Part shown: in pieces, positions 1 through 14,200 of the stretch
How the letters are laid out: every line of letters begins with the position of its first letter
Numbering within the stretch: the first letter of the stretch is position 1
Assembly: GCA_964016885.1 (NCBI GenBank)
Contig: OZ024750.1
Coordinates: forward strand, 12,400,001 to 12,464,000
DNA length: 64,000 bases
Direction of reading: 5' to 3'
DNA from: Eledone cirrhosa
Taxonomy: Eukaryota
Position numbers and translations under genes: made by a program
The notes under the pieces: generated by a model
Databases searched by the model: none
What the model saw: the letters and a program-made list of their open reading frames with translations, nothing else
Told to the model about the DNA's origin: nothing

Positions 1-2612
1 GACAAAAGCACACAATATTTGACAGGAACAAGCACACACATGTATATACTGCATTATACACATGCCAGTTCATGGACCACATCATTCTGCCATTATTTCC
101 GGCAGCTATAAATAGATCTCCACTTGCAAACAAGATGGCGTGCCTATAACAACAAAAGCCAGGTCCAGTTTGCAACACAATTTATATTTAGAAAAGAAAA
201 GAAAAAAAAAAAAGAAAAAATTGGAAAAGACATACATATATCTAATCACATGCTGCAACAAGGAGCATTAGAGTTTCCCACTAGTACTTTGTGAAGCCAG
301 CTAACACACTACCAAAATTGCAGCATGTGATAGCGAGGCTAAGACACTAGAATAACCAACCACTGAAATGGGCATCACCTGATACACCAGTAAGGCAAGC
401 CAGCAGCAATGATAGAACCTCATTATCAATGGTCCAGCCCTCCCAAATGTCTTGAATGTTACAGACTGGAAAAAAAAAATTTGCTGATGTTTTAGAATTT
501 TATTCTTTTTGACTATGGATGTGAGAAGGAGCAACAGAGTTTCTAACTGTAGAATTCCAAATAAGATATCTACCTTTTACCCATCTAGCTTCTTCCGATC
601 AGCCTTGAAGGCTCTGGCTGGTTCCAGAATTGAGCCAGAACTTATTTAATAATTAGGATCAACTCAGTATGATGAGAGAAATGACTTCCATTCAGACAGC
701 AAGACAATCCATGAAAACCTGTGGAGTCAAAGTGACTACAGTGACATTTAAATTCCCCCACAAACATTGGTTCTCATTCTGAGCACAATGTAGATATAAA
801 GCTCATTTATACTGAGCAAGCCATCAATGTTGGCCACAGGCAAAGCATTGATCCAATTCCTCAGGAATTTGACATTTACAAAAAATAGATCAAGGAAATT
901 ATTTCTAAAAAAAACATGTTTCCAACATTATATTTATATATTCATTTGAATAAAATATTTGGTTCCATAAAAATGTTGAATAAAGGTCAAAATGATCATG
1001 AGGAATAACAAAAATAATAACCAGATAAAAAGAACAAATGCGATGGAAATTCTTGAAGTAGCAATAAAACAAAGTAATTCTTTGATGTAACATAAGGACA
1101 CAAGGATTTAGTATTGTTGCTTTTATGTCTAAGACACTTAGCTTCTTATAACTACTTGTTCTCCTAGCAAAAACAAGTTTATTATACACTTCAAAATATA
1201 AAGAACATAATATATGATAGGATCAAGGCCAGAAATTTGGGAGAAGGGAAACCATCGATTATAACAACATCACTCTTTGGTAGTTTAGTTTGTTTATTAG
1301 CCTTATATCTGGTACTTGTTTTCCAGAACAATGAAACAAAAAAAAAATTGAGTGTCAGGAAATTCCAAGAGTCAGTCAACTGATAAATAATTCTTTTCTG
1401 TATTTCTCAACTATAGCCATACTTGAAAATTTGGTAGAAATATTGTAGTGTTGATTATCCAAGAAATGGATGAAGTAAAAGACAGAGCATTGGATGAAAA
1501 AAAAAACATAATGAGGTATTTGGTTATGATTTTTATGTTCAGAGTTTAATTCCCATCCAAGAGGACATAGCCTTTCAGTTATCCAATGTCTATAAAATCA
1601 TGTGGTGATGTGAGGTAAGAAAATACCATGGATGTAAGACAGGTGTGGTGGAGGTTGACAGGTGGTGATGTTTATAGTAAGACAGAATAAATTGAATCAT
1701 TTAGATAATGAAACAAAATTAATTTAATATGGTATATTATCTATTATAACATATTTGTCTGTGAAAATATTTTAGGTTGGAGAAAACAAATTATTTTACA
1801 ACAATCAGAAATTTCATTTTAACTAAATAACCAGTCAGTTTCCTTTCTCTTAAAAGCAATTTATTCTAAGAGTAAAACTTAATACTTTCCACAAAGAAAA
1901 TATCTACAGTGATTATTGTCATTGAAATGAATACGTCCAACAGTGATTTCTGCAGTGTATTTAGGAAATACAAAATAGAATACTACCACCTCTTTGTGAA
2001 AGCCAGAGAAAATATAGAAATAACCAAAGTATTGTCTTCATTCGTAGAAATAGAACTCTTTTTCTATTTTTGCATGTAAATATTACAATAGATTTTAAAT
2101 AATTCTTTATTCATATTCCTCATTTGCACAATGTCTATGTCATGTTTCTCCTTTTTTAAAGCGAGATATTCTATACAACAGGAATTAATAGAATGGCTCA
2201 AACAAAAATAAATATGTTATTTTCTCGATACCTCTTCAAATGGTTTGTATTTGAATACAGTTAGATAACATGAAATAGATTAAATATAGACCTTTCTCTG
2301 AATAAAGCATTCATTTATATCTCTGATAGCTTTCCCAAAATTTATTTGGTTCTAATTCTCAATAGCTAGGTGGTGACCTGAGGAATTGTAGAATAAAAAT
2401 TGTTCTGTTCAGAAACAGCCACAAACCACCTAAAGTAGAGCCAGACACACAACTAGTGGGTAAGGAATCTAATATTGTATCTACTTGGTTATGTAATCTT
2501 TACAATACCCCTAACAAATAAATTAAGACAAAAAATAGAACCTTACAACCAGTGATCCCTAATAAAAGGTTAATTTTCAGTATCAATTTAGTATTAAATA
2601 TAAACTATATCT

Positions 2613-2761
2613 TTAACCTTTTAGCATTTACATTACTCTATATTTACTATTATAATATTTAGTTCAACAATACCTTACCATCAGTATGAGTGGTCAGTTT
2701 AAGCAGAAAGAGGTGAGAGAATTCTGGCCAGATACAGCCGGCTTAAATGTTATAGGGTTAA
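2613..2761. mobile_element. piggyBac-type TTAA MITE family A (internally deleted)
   Basis: TTAA-CCTTTTAGCATTTA ... TAAATGTTATAGGG-TTAA; internal sequence shared with other copies. Confidence 0.85.
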
Positions 2762-3619
2762 AATTTCCTTCAAAGGTCATGATATTTATTTGTTGATATT
2801 AAAATGCTTACACAAACTATAAACTTTATATAAATTATGTAGGACTTCAAATATATTTTGTGTAAAAGAGTACACCAAAACCTGAATAGTTAAAGTTTAA
2901 TTCTATTCCAAAGAAAACATATATATCTACAGTGCATGTGTTTCTTTCTATTGGCAATATTGGCAATATGACCATCCCCAGATATAACAACATATATATC
3001 AAATTTTATATATGATGTCCATATTTATGTATTTATTCCCATTTAGTTGTATATATTTACAAACAGAGAGAAAAAAGCAAAAATATAAAAAGATGTGGGA
3101 AAAATTGAGAAGGGACAAACTCTACACTCTTAGCTAGACAGTACACCTAAAATGTACCCCACAGATAAGTTGGTGAAATCATTGTAATGGAGAATTATGT
3201 AGTTGTTGATCTATCTTTAGAATAGAAAGGATTTAGATTATATATAATCAATATTTATTTTGGTTCCACCAACTGTTCCTTTCTTCCCACACATTTCAGT
3301 TCTTACTATTCAAAAAAATAAAACAGCATTTAGTAATAAAAACTTGGGACATACTGGCGTGGTTCCTGTGTGTATGGTGTTAATCAAAAGCATCTAATAT
3401 TTTCAAAGTAAAACAGAAAAATAATATTTTAAGTGCAGAAAAAGATGAAGTGTTTTCACTCTATCATAATTCAATGTTGTTTTTTTCCCTCCTACCTTTA
3501 AAATATTCTGAAGTTAAATATCTATGTCTCATGAAAGTAGGTACTAACAGATTATTCAATTTAGCATTCATGATGTTAATATCTTTGATAATAACTAAAG
3601 TGAAAAGAATATAATATAA

Positions 3620-3987
3620 TTGTTTCTACTATTGGCACAAGGCCAGCAATTACCCAGTACATTACTGGTACTTTATTTTATCGACCCCCGTAAGGATGAA
3701 AGGCAAAGTTAACCTCGGCGGGATTTGAAATCAGATCATAAAGGGAGGTAACTCTATGCTTCAAAGCATGGTGCCCGACCCTCTACCGATACTGCCAATC
3801 CAATAATTGTTTCTACTTTAGGCACAAGGCCAGCAATTACCCAGTGCATCACTGGTACTTTATTTTATCGACCCCGCAAGGATAAAAGGCAAAGTCAACC
3901 TCGGCGGAATTTGAACTCAGATCGTAAAAGGACGTAACTATGCTGGAAAGCATGGCGTCCGACTCTCTACCGATACTGCCAATCCAA
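3620..3987 (-). mobile_element. Two head-to-tail SINE family 1 copies
   Basis: 3620-3802 and 3806-3987 are each the reverse complement of the 54235 copy. Confidence 0.92.
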
Positions 3988-4361
3988 TAATGAAATATTA
4001 TTTTAAAAATCCTCTATCAGAAGTGTGTGTATGTGTGTGTTCTTACACACTGAATTTGTTTTGTTTTTTCATTTTTTTCCCCTTGGTAATCATAAAATAA
4101 TGAGAAATGTGAAAGTCAGCATAGTTAATTCCTTTAAAAAATATCAATTTTTCATAAGGTAAGTCAAATTAACTTTCTGATATGAGAGGGGAGGTTATAA
4201 CTTTACTACAAACTGGTTTATAATTCTGAGAATTGTTTTGCTAGTGTGATATTAATTTTCAAACAAAACTACATCACAGCTGTTTTTTATCCTTACAACA
4301 TGACTTTTACAGCAAAGTGTTTCATTCTTACATACTGAGAGACTTACTTACTTTAGTTTCC

Positions 4362-4362
4362 A

Positions 4363-4398
<36 letters not shown>

Positions 4399-5065
4399 CT
4401 CTACTGGTGATACTGGTGGTGTGGTGGTGTTAATGGTAGTGGAACTGGCAGTGATTGTGTTGATGGTAGTGGTAGTGACAATTTTAGTGTAAGTGACAGG
4501 CTGGTGAAAATGGTAGTGGAAGCCGCAGTGGTTGTGGTGGTGGCAGTGGTTATGGTGATGGCAGTGGTTGTGGTAATGGTAGTGGTTGTGGTGGTGGCAA
4601 TGTTAATATAAGCTGCAGTGGTTGTAATGGTGGCAGTGGTAGTGGTGATGGTAGTGGCAGTGGTTGTGGTGATGGTGGTAGTGGTTGTGGTGATGACAGT
4701 GGTTGTGATGATGGTGGCAGTGGTTATAAAGATGGCGGTGGTAGTGGGTATGGTGGTGGTAGCGGTAGTAGTTGTGGTGATGACAGTGGTTGTGGTGGTG
4801 GAAATGTTAATGTAAGTGGCAGTGGTTGTGGTGATGGTGGTAGTGGTTGTGGTGATGACAGTGGTTGTGATGATGGTGGCAGTGGTTATAAAGATGGTAG
4901 TGGTAGTAGTTGTGGTGATGACAGTGGTTGTGGTGGTGGAAATGTTAATGTAAGTGGCAGTGGTTGTGGTGATGGTGGTAGTGGTTGTGGTGGTGCTAGT
5001 GGTGGCAATGTAAGCGGCAGTGAGTGCTGGTGAGAATGGTAATGGAAGCCACAGTGGTTGTGGTA
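4362..5065. repeat. (TAC)n then degenerate (GTG/GTA/GCA)n low-complexity tract
   Basis: Seen directly; includes internal longer duplications. Confidence 0.9.
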
Positions 5066-5760
5066 ACATTTCTGATGTTTATCAGGTCACAGACATTACA
5101 GAACTTCAATACAGTTTAATAGGATACAATGGTGTATTCCTTGCATATAAATTGGAAGCATCTTCTGTAGTGTCAAAGCACCTTAGCCATGAATTATACT
5201 TTGGCATTGCCACTTTTCTTTGCTCTTTATCTTATTTCTACAACTGGCTTTTTGATTGGGTCATCTTTTTATAGGTTTCTGTATATATTTCATTCATATG
5301 AGAATCAACTCTATTTTTTCTCATAAAAGAGAGTCTGACCTTCTTTAATATATGTATAGGAGATGGATATAAAGAAATTCAATACCCTATAATCAATGAA
5401 ACTTGTAAATAGATGAAAAATGTAGTGGTATTTGTAGAATGTGGAGAAATCATTCACACATATCACGTATTGAAAATACATTAGCGAAACTAGATTATCT
5501 GCAAAATCTAGACATACTTTTTAACTGAATTATCAGAAGTGGAGGTTAAATTTTGTTTCTGAAATTATTCTATTTATGTTGAAGTTTGAATTAATTGTTA
5601 TACACCAACAAAATTCACTGATAATTGAAAGATTTCATTTTTAGAACTTGTTTATTTAAAAAAAAAAAAAATCTCTCCAAGTACAATAACCAGATTGTAG
5701 TTGTGATGGTTATTTTTGTTATTGTTTTTTTATTTTATTACAACAGGTGAACTATTAGAG

Positions 5761-6051
5761 CAGTCATGGGCAACCTGCGCCCTGCTAAGTTTTCTGAATG
5801 GATCACCTAAGTCACCTAAGTGAAATCCTTCTGATTTTTTACCCCAACTTTTCAGTCGTAATTTATCTTTCTATCATTTTTACAGTCAAAGAAAACAATG
5901 TGTACGAATTCTGAAAAAACAAATCAAAACAACCTGAGTTACCACCCTTTTTTTTTAATGTGGGCTCGAATGTAAATTAGCGCTTGCGGCCCGCCTGATG
6001 ATGAGCCATATCTCATGCGACCCACTTCTCAAAAAAGGTTGTCCATGCCTG
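5761..6051. mobile_element. hAT-type MITE
   Basis: TIRs CAGTCATGGGCAACC / GGTTGTCCATGCCTG; 8-bp TSD TATTAGAG / TATTAGAA. Confidence 0.85.
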
Positions 6052-6129
6052 TATTAGAATGACAGAGTGGACACCAAGGTAGTGGTTAAGAACTAGAGGA
6101 CAGTCAAAGGCAAGATAGTGTGACGATCT

Positions 6130-6318
6130 GACCCAATACCTCAGCTCCACATGGCCCATTATTTGGATCAGAGATAGTTGGTTGCTATAAATAGCTTAGA
6201 GAATTGGCTAATGAGCCATTACATGCAGAAGAAAGTGACTAGCAGCTGCTATGAAGGATTGAACTCCATATCTTTCAGATACTAACTTACTGCTCTAACC
6301 ATTGAGCTAAATGGCCCC
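6130..6318 (-). mobile_element. Degenerate tRNA-derived SINE (third type)
   Basis: Minus strand GGGCCATTTAGCTCAATGGTTAGAGCA...GAGTTCAATCC has A/B boxes but no complete cloverleaf; 3' limit uncertain. Confidence 0.55.
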
Positions 6319-7058
6319 TGACAAAAAAAAAATAAAAAATAAATAAAATCACTCTCAGTATGACAAAGTGTAACAAAGCTGGCTTTTTAAATAACAAATA
6401 CAACTCATTTTTTTCTAACTGAACTGGAGCAACATAAAATAAAGTGTCTTGTTGAAGGACACAACATAATGTAATTTCGAGTTTCAAGACCTTATGAACG
6501 TGAATCAAACACCTGAAATATTAAACGTTAACTTTAGTTTAATCAGGTAGAAAATAATAGCGGAATAGTCCGTTTTTACTTTTATCAAAGTAGTGTAAAA
6601 AGTTATATCGATTTTTCTCCCCTTTTTAAAAAAACTTCTTTATCTGTATTTGCCCTATTGCTTTAACAATATGACTAGTTCTTTATTATCCTTTCTTTAG
6701 ACAAAATGACATGCTTCCTTAAGTGCAGAGACCAAATTGCTTTTATGTGACAGCTGGGACTTTAGCTAGTAATTGAATGCATTAAATGAACCAGTTCAAT
6801 GCTCTGACTCATAGTTCTCTTATTCTCTTTCTTTCTCTCTTACTCTCCTTTCTTACTCCCCCTCCCCCCCCTCTCTCTCTACTCATAACAGTTTGTATTT
6901 GGAAACTTCAAGGTTAAAATGTCTGGGCTTAATGTATTGAGTAGTCTAATTTTTTAAAGATTTTCTGTACAATTTTAATGGAGACATTGAACAACAGTAC
7001 CCTGCCAACTCATTGAACCAAAGCTTTTCTTCTGATAACGTTTCTCTCTTCTAATTGC

Positions 7059-7176
7059 TCAACACACTATATTACATACACAAGAACCTTTCAACACACT
7101 ATACTACATACACAAGAACCTTTCAACACACTATATTACATATATAAGATCTTTTTTAACACACTATATTACATAC
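7059..7176. repeat. 32-bp tandem repeat, ~3.5 copies
   Basis: Unit AACACACTATATTACATACACAAGAACCTTTC. Confidence 0.88.
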
Positions 7177-8756
7177 TATCATCACTTCATGCCTTCCATT
7201 TCTATACATTTGACAACTGAATAGAATATGCTTTACTGAGGAGGTCTAATAAAACTGAAACATGTTGACTGTTTTCACTGGCTGACTTTAAATAAGACCA
7301 GGCCAAGATGTACTCCTTTCTGCATTGTCTTTATTTTTCAAAGATTTTGGTTAACTAACCTTATTGTATTTATCACTCTTAGCTGTTTTTAGATTTTAAA
7401 CATTCTTATATGGGTGGTTGCCTTTTAATTGCATAAATTATCTCAGTCAACTGAAGTTTTTCAACTCTCTAAATTACACCAGTGAAACCCTATCTTACAT
7501 ATATTTAGTATACAGAACTCTCCCTAGATGTGCAATTCTCTCAAGTATATTATTTATTTACAGTGCAGTGGTTAAATTCAGTAGCACAAGCAGCACTATG
7601 TATTCATAAACATTTTAAAATATACTTTATACTCAGTAACAATGTATGTAACTGTACTGTCTATTCATCAGAGAAGTACATTACTCTTGTATTTTATTTA
7701 TCGGAAGTACTTCTCCCAAGCATTCTTAATTGGTTATAAATCTGTTTCTGAAAAATATAAATTGTTTGAATGTCCAGAGCCAACCAATGTAAGAACAACG
7801 ATAATAAATATATATTCTTCTTTACAACACCAATTTTCCAACTGAGAAATGACATACAGATGTATCATCTAGCTAGACCAAGGTAACTTAAGTGTTTGTA
7901 TATTTTTTAAAGACACTTATGTAAAATCTATGGTATTAGGAAACAGTATTTTTATAGATACATAAGAGGCAAAACTTAATTAGCTTTCTAAAATGATATT
8001 TCATTGTTACAAAAGAATTATTATTTAGTTAAAAGATACAATTTATATAGGTAAAGATATTACTTATAATTTAGCTTACCATTTATCTTTGACTAAATGG
8101 ATCATGATACAATAAATATAATCAGTAGTTTTATTTTATTCTTAACATTCAGGATTGATTCACCAAAGCTATCTTAAATACACTATATGAAAATAATGAA
8201 TGATTTGGAAATCAATCCTGAAATATATTGATGAAATAAAAATACTGATTTTGTTTATGATATTATAGCCTGTACAACAGCCAAAGGTTTGAGCCAATGA
8301 TGAATGGTAAACTAAATTATGAATAACTTCTTTACACAGATAAATTGTCTCTTCCTTACCAAATAATCATTTTTTCAGCAGCAATGAAATATGATTTTAG
8401 AAACAAATGATATAGGTTTTGCTCTTTACAAATCTGAAATAGAATCTTCATAAAGGAACTTTAGTTTATACAGAAGTGTCTCAAAGAAGTAAACAATTCA
8501 CTTATCTTACCTTCGTCTATCAACATGATACATGTATATGCCATTTCTCAGTTGAAAGTTTGTTAATAGAAAGAAGAATATATATTTATCATCTTTGGCA
8601 TTCTTTGTATTGAATGAACTTTTCAAAAGTATTATTCTTACAGGAGAGCTTTCAATCTGTTTTGCTAAGCAACCTATTTAATCATGCAGAACTTAGCACA
8701 ACTAGTTCTTTGTATTTCATGTAAAAGGAGCATACATTGTGTCACATTATTTACCT

Positions 8757-8915
8757 ACGGACGCCATGCTTTCCAGCATAGTTACGTCGCTTTACGATCT
8801 GAGTTCAAATCCCGCCGAGGTTGACTTTGCCTTTCATCCTTACTGGGTCGATAAAATAAAGTACCAGTAATGCACTGGGTAATTGCTGGCCTTGTGCCTA
8901 AAGTAGAAACAATTA
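8757..8915 (+). mobile_element. SINE family 1, 5'-truncated
   Basis: Family sequence; TSD ATTATTTACCT (8746-8756 / 8912-8922). Confidence 0.9.
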
Positions 8916-9737
8916 TTTACCTTAGCCAGTATTATTTGTGGCATTACCATAGACATTTTAGTTATTCTTTCACATGTGGTGCCCCAGCATGTTGGGTGGA
9001 ACACATGATAGAGTAATAGATAGAGTAATAGATAAATACATTCAGTATGCTTTGTAAAGTGGTTGATGATAGGAAGGGCATCTAGCCATATCCCCATCAC
9101 CAACACGCCCCAGCTAAACAAAGTATCAGAAGAATTTTTCAGACATGAACAACTTCCCTTGTGGTGGTGCCATGATAAAATGTCCTTGGTAGAGTGCAGG
9201 AATATATGGGGGGGGGGGGGGGGATAGGGGTGAAATATAGGCCCTTGAACCACTTGACAGATTGTGGGGACATATGTGAATGAGATACAGGTCTCTGGTT
9301 TATCTGAGAGGACAGTAGCTCTACTTGAGTACTGTACCAAGTCTGTTATGACCCATTAAGTCCTTGCAAGTAGGGAAAACAGGCATTAAATGATGATGAT
9401 GATGATGATGATGCATATAGTTTCTAGAAAATAACAAAATATTCTATTTGTCCTTCATTTTTACCATTTACATTAGCTGATACTTGATCTAATCTATAAA
9501 CAAAAGAAAACTAATGTAGAATTGACTTCAACTTAGGGATTAAAAAGAAGAAAATAAAAGTATAAAATCTATGGATTATGAACAATTAAGAATGCAATTC
9601 CAAATAATCTGTTGATTACCAGAATAACAATTACTTGTTTTTTTATAATTCCAAATCTGTTGAAACAGAATGATTCAGCTGTAGGAATATTTTACTTTAT
9701 AAATATGAAAACTTAATGATTTGTATGTTTTACCTAA

Positions 9738-9967
9738 CATAATGTCACATCTTTACCTCAAATATAATATTGCATCTTTACCTCAAATATAATATTGTAT
9801 CTTTACCTTAAATATAATGTCACATCTTTACCTCAAGCATAATGTCACATCTTTACCTCAAGCATAATGTCACATCTTTACCTCAAGCATAATGTCATGT
9901 CTTTACCTCAAACATAATGTGTCTTTACCTCAAACATAATGTTGTGTCTTTACCTCAAATATAATGT
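9738..9967. repeat. 25-bp minisatellite, ~9 copies
   Basis: Unit AATGTCACATCTTTACCTCAAGCAT. Confidence 0.9.
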
Positions 9968-10520
9968 GATGTTGGTGATGAGAAAAACACCAAGTCATTG
10001 TGGAAACTATATTAAAATAAAAATATACGCAGCAACAGAGTTAAATGTTTTTCTCTCTGTTTCTGGACCAGATGAGGAAGGACTGTACAAGATGGTTGGG
10101 TGATAGTATAAAGAAATTTATCAAACCCATGCCAGCATGGATAAATAGCCATTAAGAGATTATGTGATTATTAGTAAAATATATTACTTTATTTTATATA
10201 GTTTGTTTGGTTTGTCAATAGTTTCTAATATATTTTCATTTGAATAGCAGCAGCAGTATATGATGAATATGCAACTGTAAAACGACTCACTTCAACAATA
10301 TGAAAATATTCAAGTGTATATAAATATCTTTCTTGCCTATGCTAGCATGGATAAGTGAATGTAAAAATGTAAGGGGGAAATTAGATAAGGAAAAAACAGA
10401 TGCAGGAAAGTAAATTAAATATTTCTCAGAATATGGCTGATTGCTATATATTTCAGTTTCTGCAGAGTGTTCTTGCTATGAATTATTTAGAATATATTGT
10501 CAGAGGTTTATACAATTCAC

Positions 10521-10820
10521 TTAACCATTTTGTGACCATAGTTCTAATGAAATATATATTAATCATCATCATCGTTGTTTATACATCCACATTTCCATGC
10601 TTGCATGAGTTGGACACTATTTCAAGGAATTACTGAAGAAATTTGAGGAATTTACTAAAAATATTAAAATATTTCATTACTAAGACAATAACTTAATATG
10701 TGGTTCTTATATAAAATTATGTTGGAAGATTTTAATCTAAATAAGAACTCTTTAGAAATTGGTGGTTTTGTTTCATATAACCAGAATTGGTTTTGGTTAG
10801 ATTGGTATCAGAGCGGTTAA
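10521..10820. mobile_element. Older TTAA MITE family B (partial copies also at 46520-46640 and 60960-61078)
   Basis: TTAACCATTTTGTGACCA ... TGGTATCAGAGCGGTTAA; left end shared with TTAACCCTTTTGTTAC(C/A)ATATTT at 46520 and 60960. Confidence 0.65.
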
Positions 10821-11096
10821 GATCTTAAAGGATAGGACTCAATGCTTAGAAGCCATACAATATTTGAAAAATATTTTTCGTTTACCTGAGTCTCCAGCAA
10901 GTCTCATATCCTAAAATACCAAGAATTATCCACAAAATATCAAACAAATTCATTTAGTTCATTTTAATTCAGTTTCCAATATTATCAAAAGTTGGAGAGT
11001 TCAAATTTTAAACTTATGGAGACTTGAACAAATAAATGTACTTTCATATTGTTAAACAATGAAATTCATTTGATAATCAATTTTCCTATATATATA

Positions 11097-11487
11097 TCAT
11101 CATCATCATCATCATCATCATCGTTTAACGTCCATCTTCCACGCTTGCATGGGTTTGGACGGGAATTTTCCCACTTGAGGCAAGATTGGTTGTCTTGCTT
11201 GTATAGGACTATCTGGTGGGTTATCTACGGCTGGATGCCCTTCCTAACACCAACCATGTTTACAGTGTGGACTGGGAGGTTTTTACCATGTTACTTACAC
11301 GGCCATATTACAGCGGGGACTGTGTGTTTTTTGTCGTGACACCTACACGACCTCATTTGTTTCAGACTGGATGTTATGGAACCAACATAACTTTACATTG
11401 AAAGGGGTGGTGTGGATGGGGTGGGGGTAGTGGGACGGGGGTGTATTTTTGTTAGAGGTGCCTACTGACTGTAGGTTTCGCTTTGTA

Positions 11488-11491
<4 letters not shown>
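11097..11491 (-). mobile_element. Older RTE 3' UTR copy (same family)
   Basis: Reverse complement of the 27885-28404 3' UTR with many substitutions; (CAT)n tail at 11097-11122. Confidence 0.9.
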
Positions 11492-11525
<34 letters not shown>

Positions 11526-11604
11526 CAGTTCCCATCCCACCCTTGCAAGCAAGGAAAAGCGGACGTAAAATGAAATGAATGAATGAATGAATATATATAT
11601 ATAT

Positions 11605-11955
11605 ATATTTATTAAAATAACAGATTAAAGTTTAAGCAAAGAATCGCTGCTTTCACCCTTAATGGGATCTTCTGAAACTAAAAAAGTCAATCTGTGAACG
11701 CAGAAGTAAATATTTCAAAAAACGTTGTAACCGGAGGAAGACAGGAAGATGATACTTTGGTTCGTGGAAACGTTCCCTGGCAAAGAACGGAAAAAAACGA
11801 AGATAATACGTTTTTCCGTTTTTTTTTCGTTCTTAATTTTTTTAAAATATCTACTTCTGCGTTCACAGATTGACTTTTTTAATTTCAGAAGATCCCGTTA
11901 AGGGTGAAAACAGCGATTCTTTGCTTAAACTTTAATCTGTTATTTTAATAAATAT
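11605..11955. repeat. Long inverted repeat (~118-bp arms, ~115-bp spacer)
   Basis: 11605-11722 is the near-perfect reverse complement of 11837-11955. Confidence 0.93.
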
Positions 11956-12038
11956 TTGCTCTACAGTTCTTATATATTTGATATATATTTATCCTTATCG
12001 AGCCCTCTTTGGATTTTAGTCTTCAAATTTATTATTAT

Positions 12039-12072
<34 letters not shown>

Positions 12073-13187
12073 CACAAGAATAAATATCTTCAAACCTTCA
12101 AACCTGGATGTAAAATTACTCTATAATTTCATATATTATTTCTATAGTAAATTTATTTATAGATGAATGAGGTTTTAAACCTGAAGCACTTTCAGTGCCA
12201 ATTGTGTTTGTTCAGTTGTTTGAATATAAAGGAGTTCTGTGATCAAAATGTTGGACCTCAGAAACCCAGAGGAAGTACATTAACAAAAGACAGATAACCA
12301 TTTCTTTCTAAAACTCCTCTTAGTAATTTGATGGTTATAGGAACGGTTATTGATTTAATACTTAAAATTAAATCATGGTTGTGTATTGGCAGAAAATATA
12401 GAACATTGGAAAAAATGCCGAACAATATTTAGTTGCAACCTTTTTCATTCTGAGTGTAGCTTTGTCGTTCATCTTTACAGGGTTGATAAAAGTATCAATC
12501 AAGAACTAGGATCAATTTGTAAGCTGATAATATATTCCAGCTGTGAATATAATTATAATAGAAAAAAGACAAAATGATGTTTTTGATTAATCATGAATGG
12601 ATGAAAGGTAAAATATACCCAGTACAATCTAAACTATAATAAAGTAAGGAGCGCGGGACTGCGTACGATTTATAATTTTTTATCCCATTAGTAAAATAAG
12701 TTGGATTACTTTGAATAAATAATGAATGAATATTACATAATTTATCTACTAAATTTCGTGGCTGTTGATTAAATATATTTTGTTTATTTAAAGATTGACT
12801 TCTTTAAAATTTCTGAAATATCAACACTTCCGGCTGGCCATCGCTTAAATAAACATACTAATTTTCTCCTAATGCAGTTTATATATAATATCGTCTTTTT
12901 TAATGTATCATGGATTACGTTACTGATTACATAAGACAGTGTAATGCAGTCTTCGTTCAATTTCTATGTATTATATATTGTCAATTACGATTTTATTTGA
13001 TGTATCATATCTACATATATATACCTTCGTATAATATCAATATACACACTAAACATGCTAGCAGAAAACAACCAGAAGGGTGGTTTTTCTGATAGTTTTA
13101 AATAAAAAATAAGGAGTTAGCTAGAATGTTTAAAATGCGGAATTCTCAAAAATGTGTGCCATCTTCAAAAGCCTGGCAGAATAAATA

Positions 13188-13375
13188 ATTGTTTCTATTT
13201 TTGGCACAAGGCCATCAATTACCCAGTACATTGCTGGTACTTTATTTTATCGACCCCTTAAGGATAAAAGGCAAAGTTAACCTCGACGGGATTTGAACTC
13301 AGACCGTAAAGGGACGTAACTATGCTAGAAAGCATGGCGTCCAACCCTCTACTGATACTTCCAATTCACCACCCT
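13188..13375 (-). mobile_element. SINE family 1
   Basis: Family sequence; 18-bp TSD CCTGGCAGAATAAATAAT (13172-13189 / 13373-13390). Confidence 0.92.
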
Positions 13376-13437
13376 GGCAGAATAAATAATAGCAGAAAAT
13401 AATGTACAAAGTCACAATTAAGATAGTTGGGTCTTGG

Positions 13438-13592
13438 CTTTACGATCTGAGTTTAAATCCAACCGTGGTTAGATTTACCTTTCATCCTCACAGGGTCGAT
13501 AAAATAAAGTACCAATAATGTACTGGTGTCGATTTAATCGATTTTCCCCTCCCACCAAAATCGTTTGCCTTGTACCTAAATCAGAAACTAAT
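13438..13592 (+). mobile_element. SINE family 1, longer-tail variant, 5'-truncated
   Basis: CTGAGTTTAAATCC...CCTTTCATCCTCACAGGGTCGATAAAATAAAGTACC...CCTTGTACCTAAATCAGAAAC. Confidence 0.8.
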
Positions 13593-14081
13593 AAATATTA
13601 CTAATAGAAAAATTTGTTTAAAAAATTAAATCTATTTTCGGAATACATTCCTTTCACCTAGTAAAATGACAACAACAGTAAAGAAACACATCCAAATATA
13701 ATCCAAGAAATCTTCTGCAACTATTGTGTTAGTTAACATAACTACAAATATCTTACATAAGAACAAGATTGAGGTGATGACAGTAGGAGTTTGACTCTTC
13801 CATGTTCAGACCATATCCTTGTGGTTGTGTTCATTATCTATAGAGTTCATTCACCAGACTTTACGACCAGTGTGAATCAGGAGAATGGTAAGCTGCCTGG
13901 GTCAAGCTAAGGTCTATACACTCACGGAAAGTATATGAAGATGAGTGGAGGGGGATTTAGGAACACATCAAGTAGAGAAAAATTCCGGTTAAAAAGTTAA
14001 AGTTAGGGTTAATTTTAGGAACCGAAAATTAAACACACACAACACAACACCACACCACACACACAAAATAATGATATAATA

Positions 14082-14168
14082 ATGAAATTATTGGGTACAG
14101 TGCTCAGGTGCACTACAACTCATCAAAGGTGCATGTATAGTACATAGAATAATGTACAAATTTCAGGA

Positions 14169-14170
<2 letters not shown>
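14082..14170 (-). mobile_element. 3' UTR stub of the same CR1-like family
   Basis: AGTGCTCAGGTGCACTACAACTCATCAAAGGTGCATGTATAGTACATAGAATAATGTA is the reverse complement of ~40063-40120. Confidence 0.75.

Positions 14171-14200
<30 letters not shown>

Noticed and set aside
10886-10910. Possible 25-nt minus-strand micro-exon (tattttag|GATATG...CTCAG|gtaaac); also an open minus-strand stretch at ~8511-8673 ending in GTAAG
   Set aside because: Splice-like signals alone are common in AT-rich DNA; no recognisable protein, and no transcript data are available.
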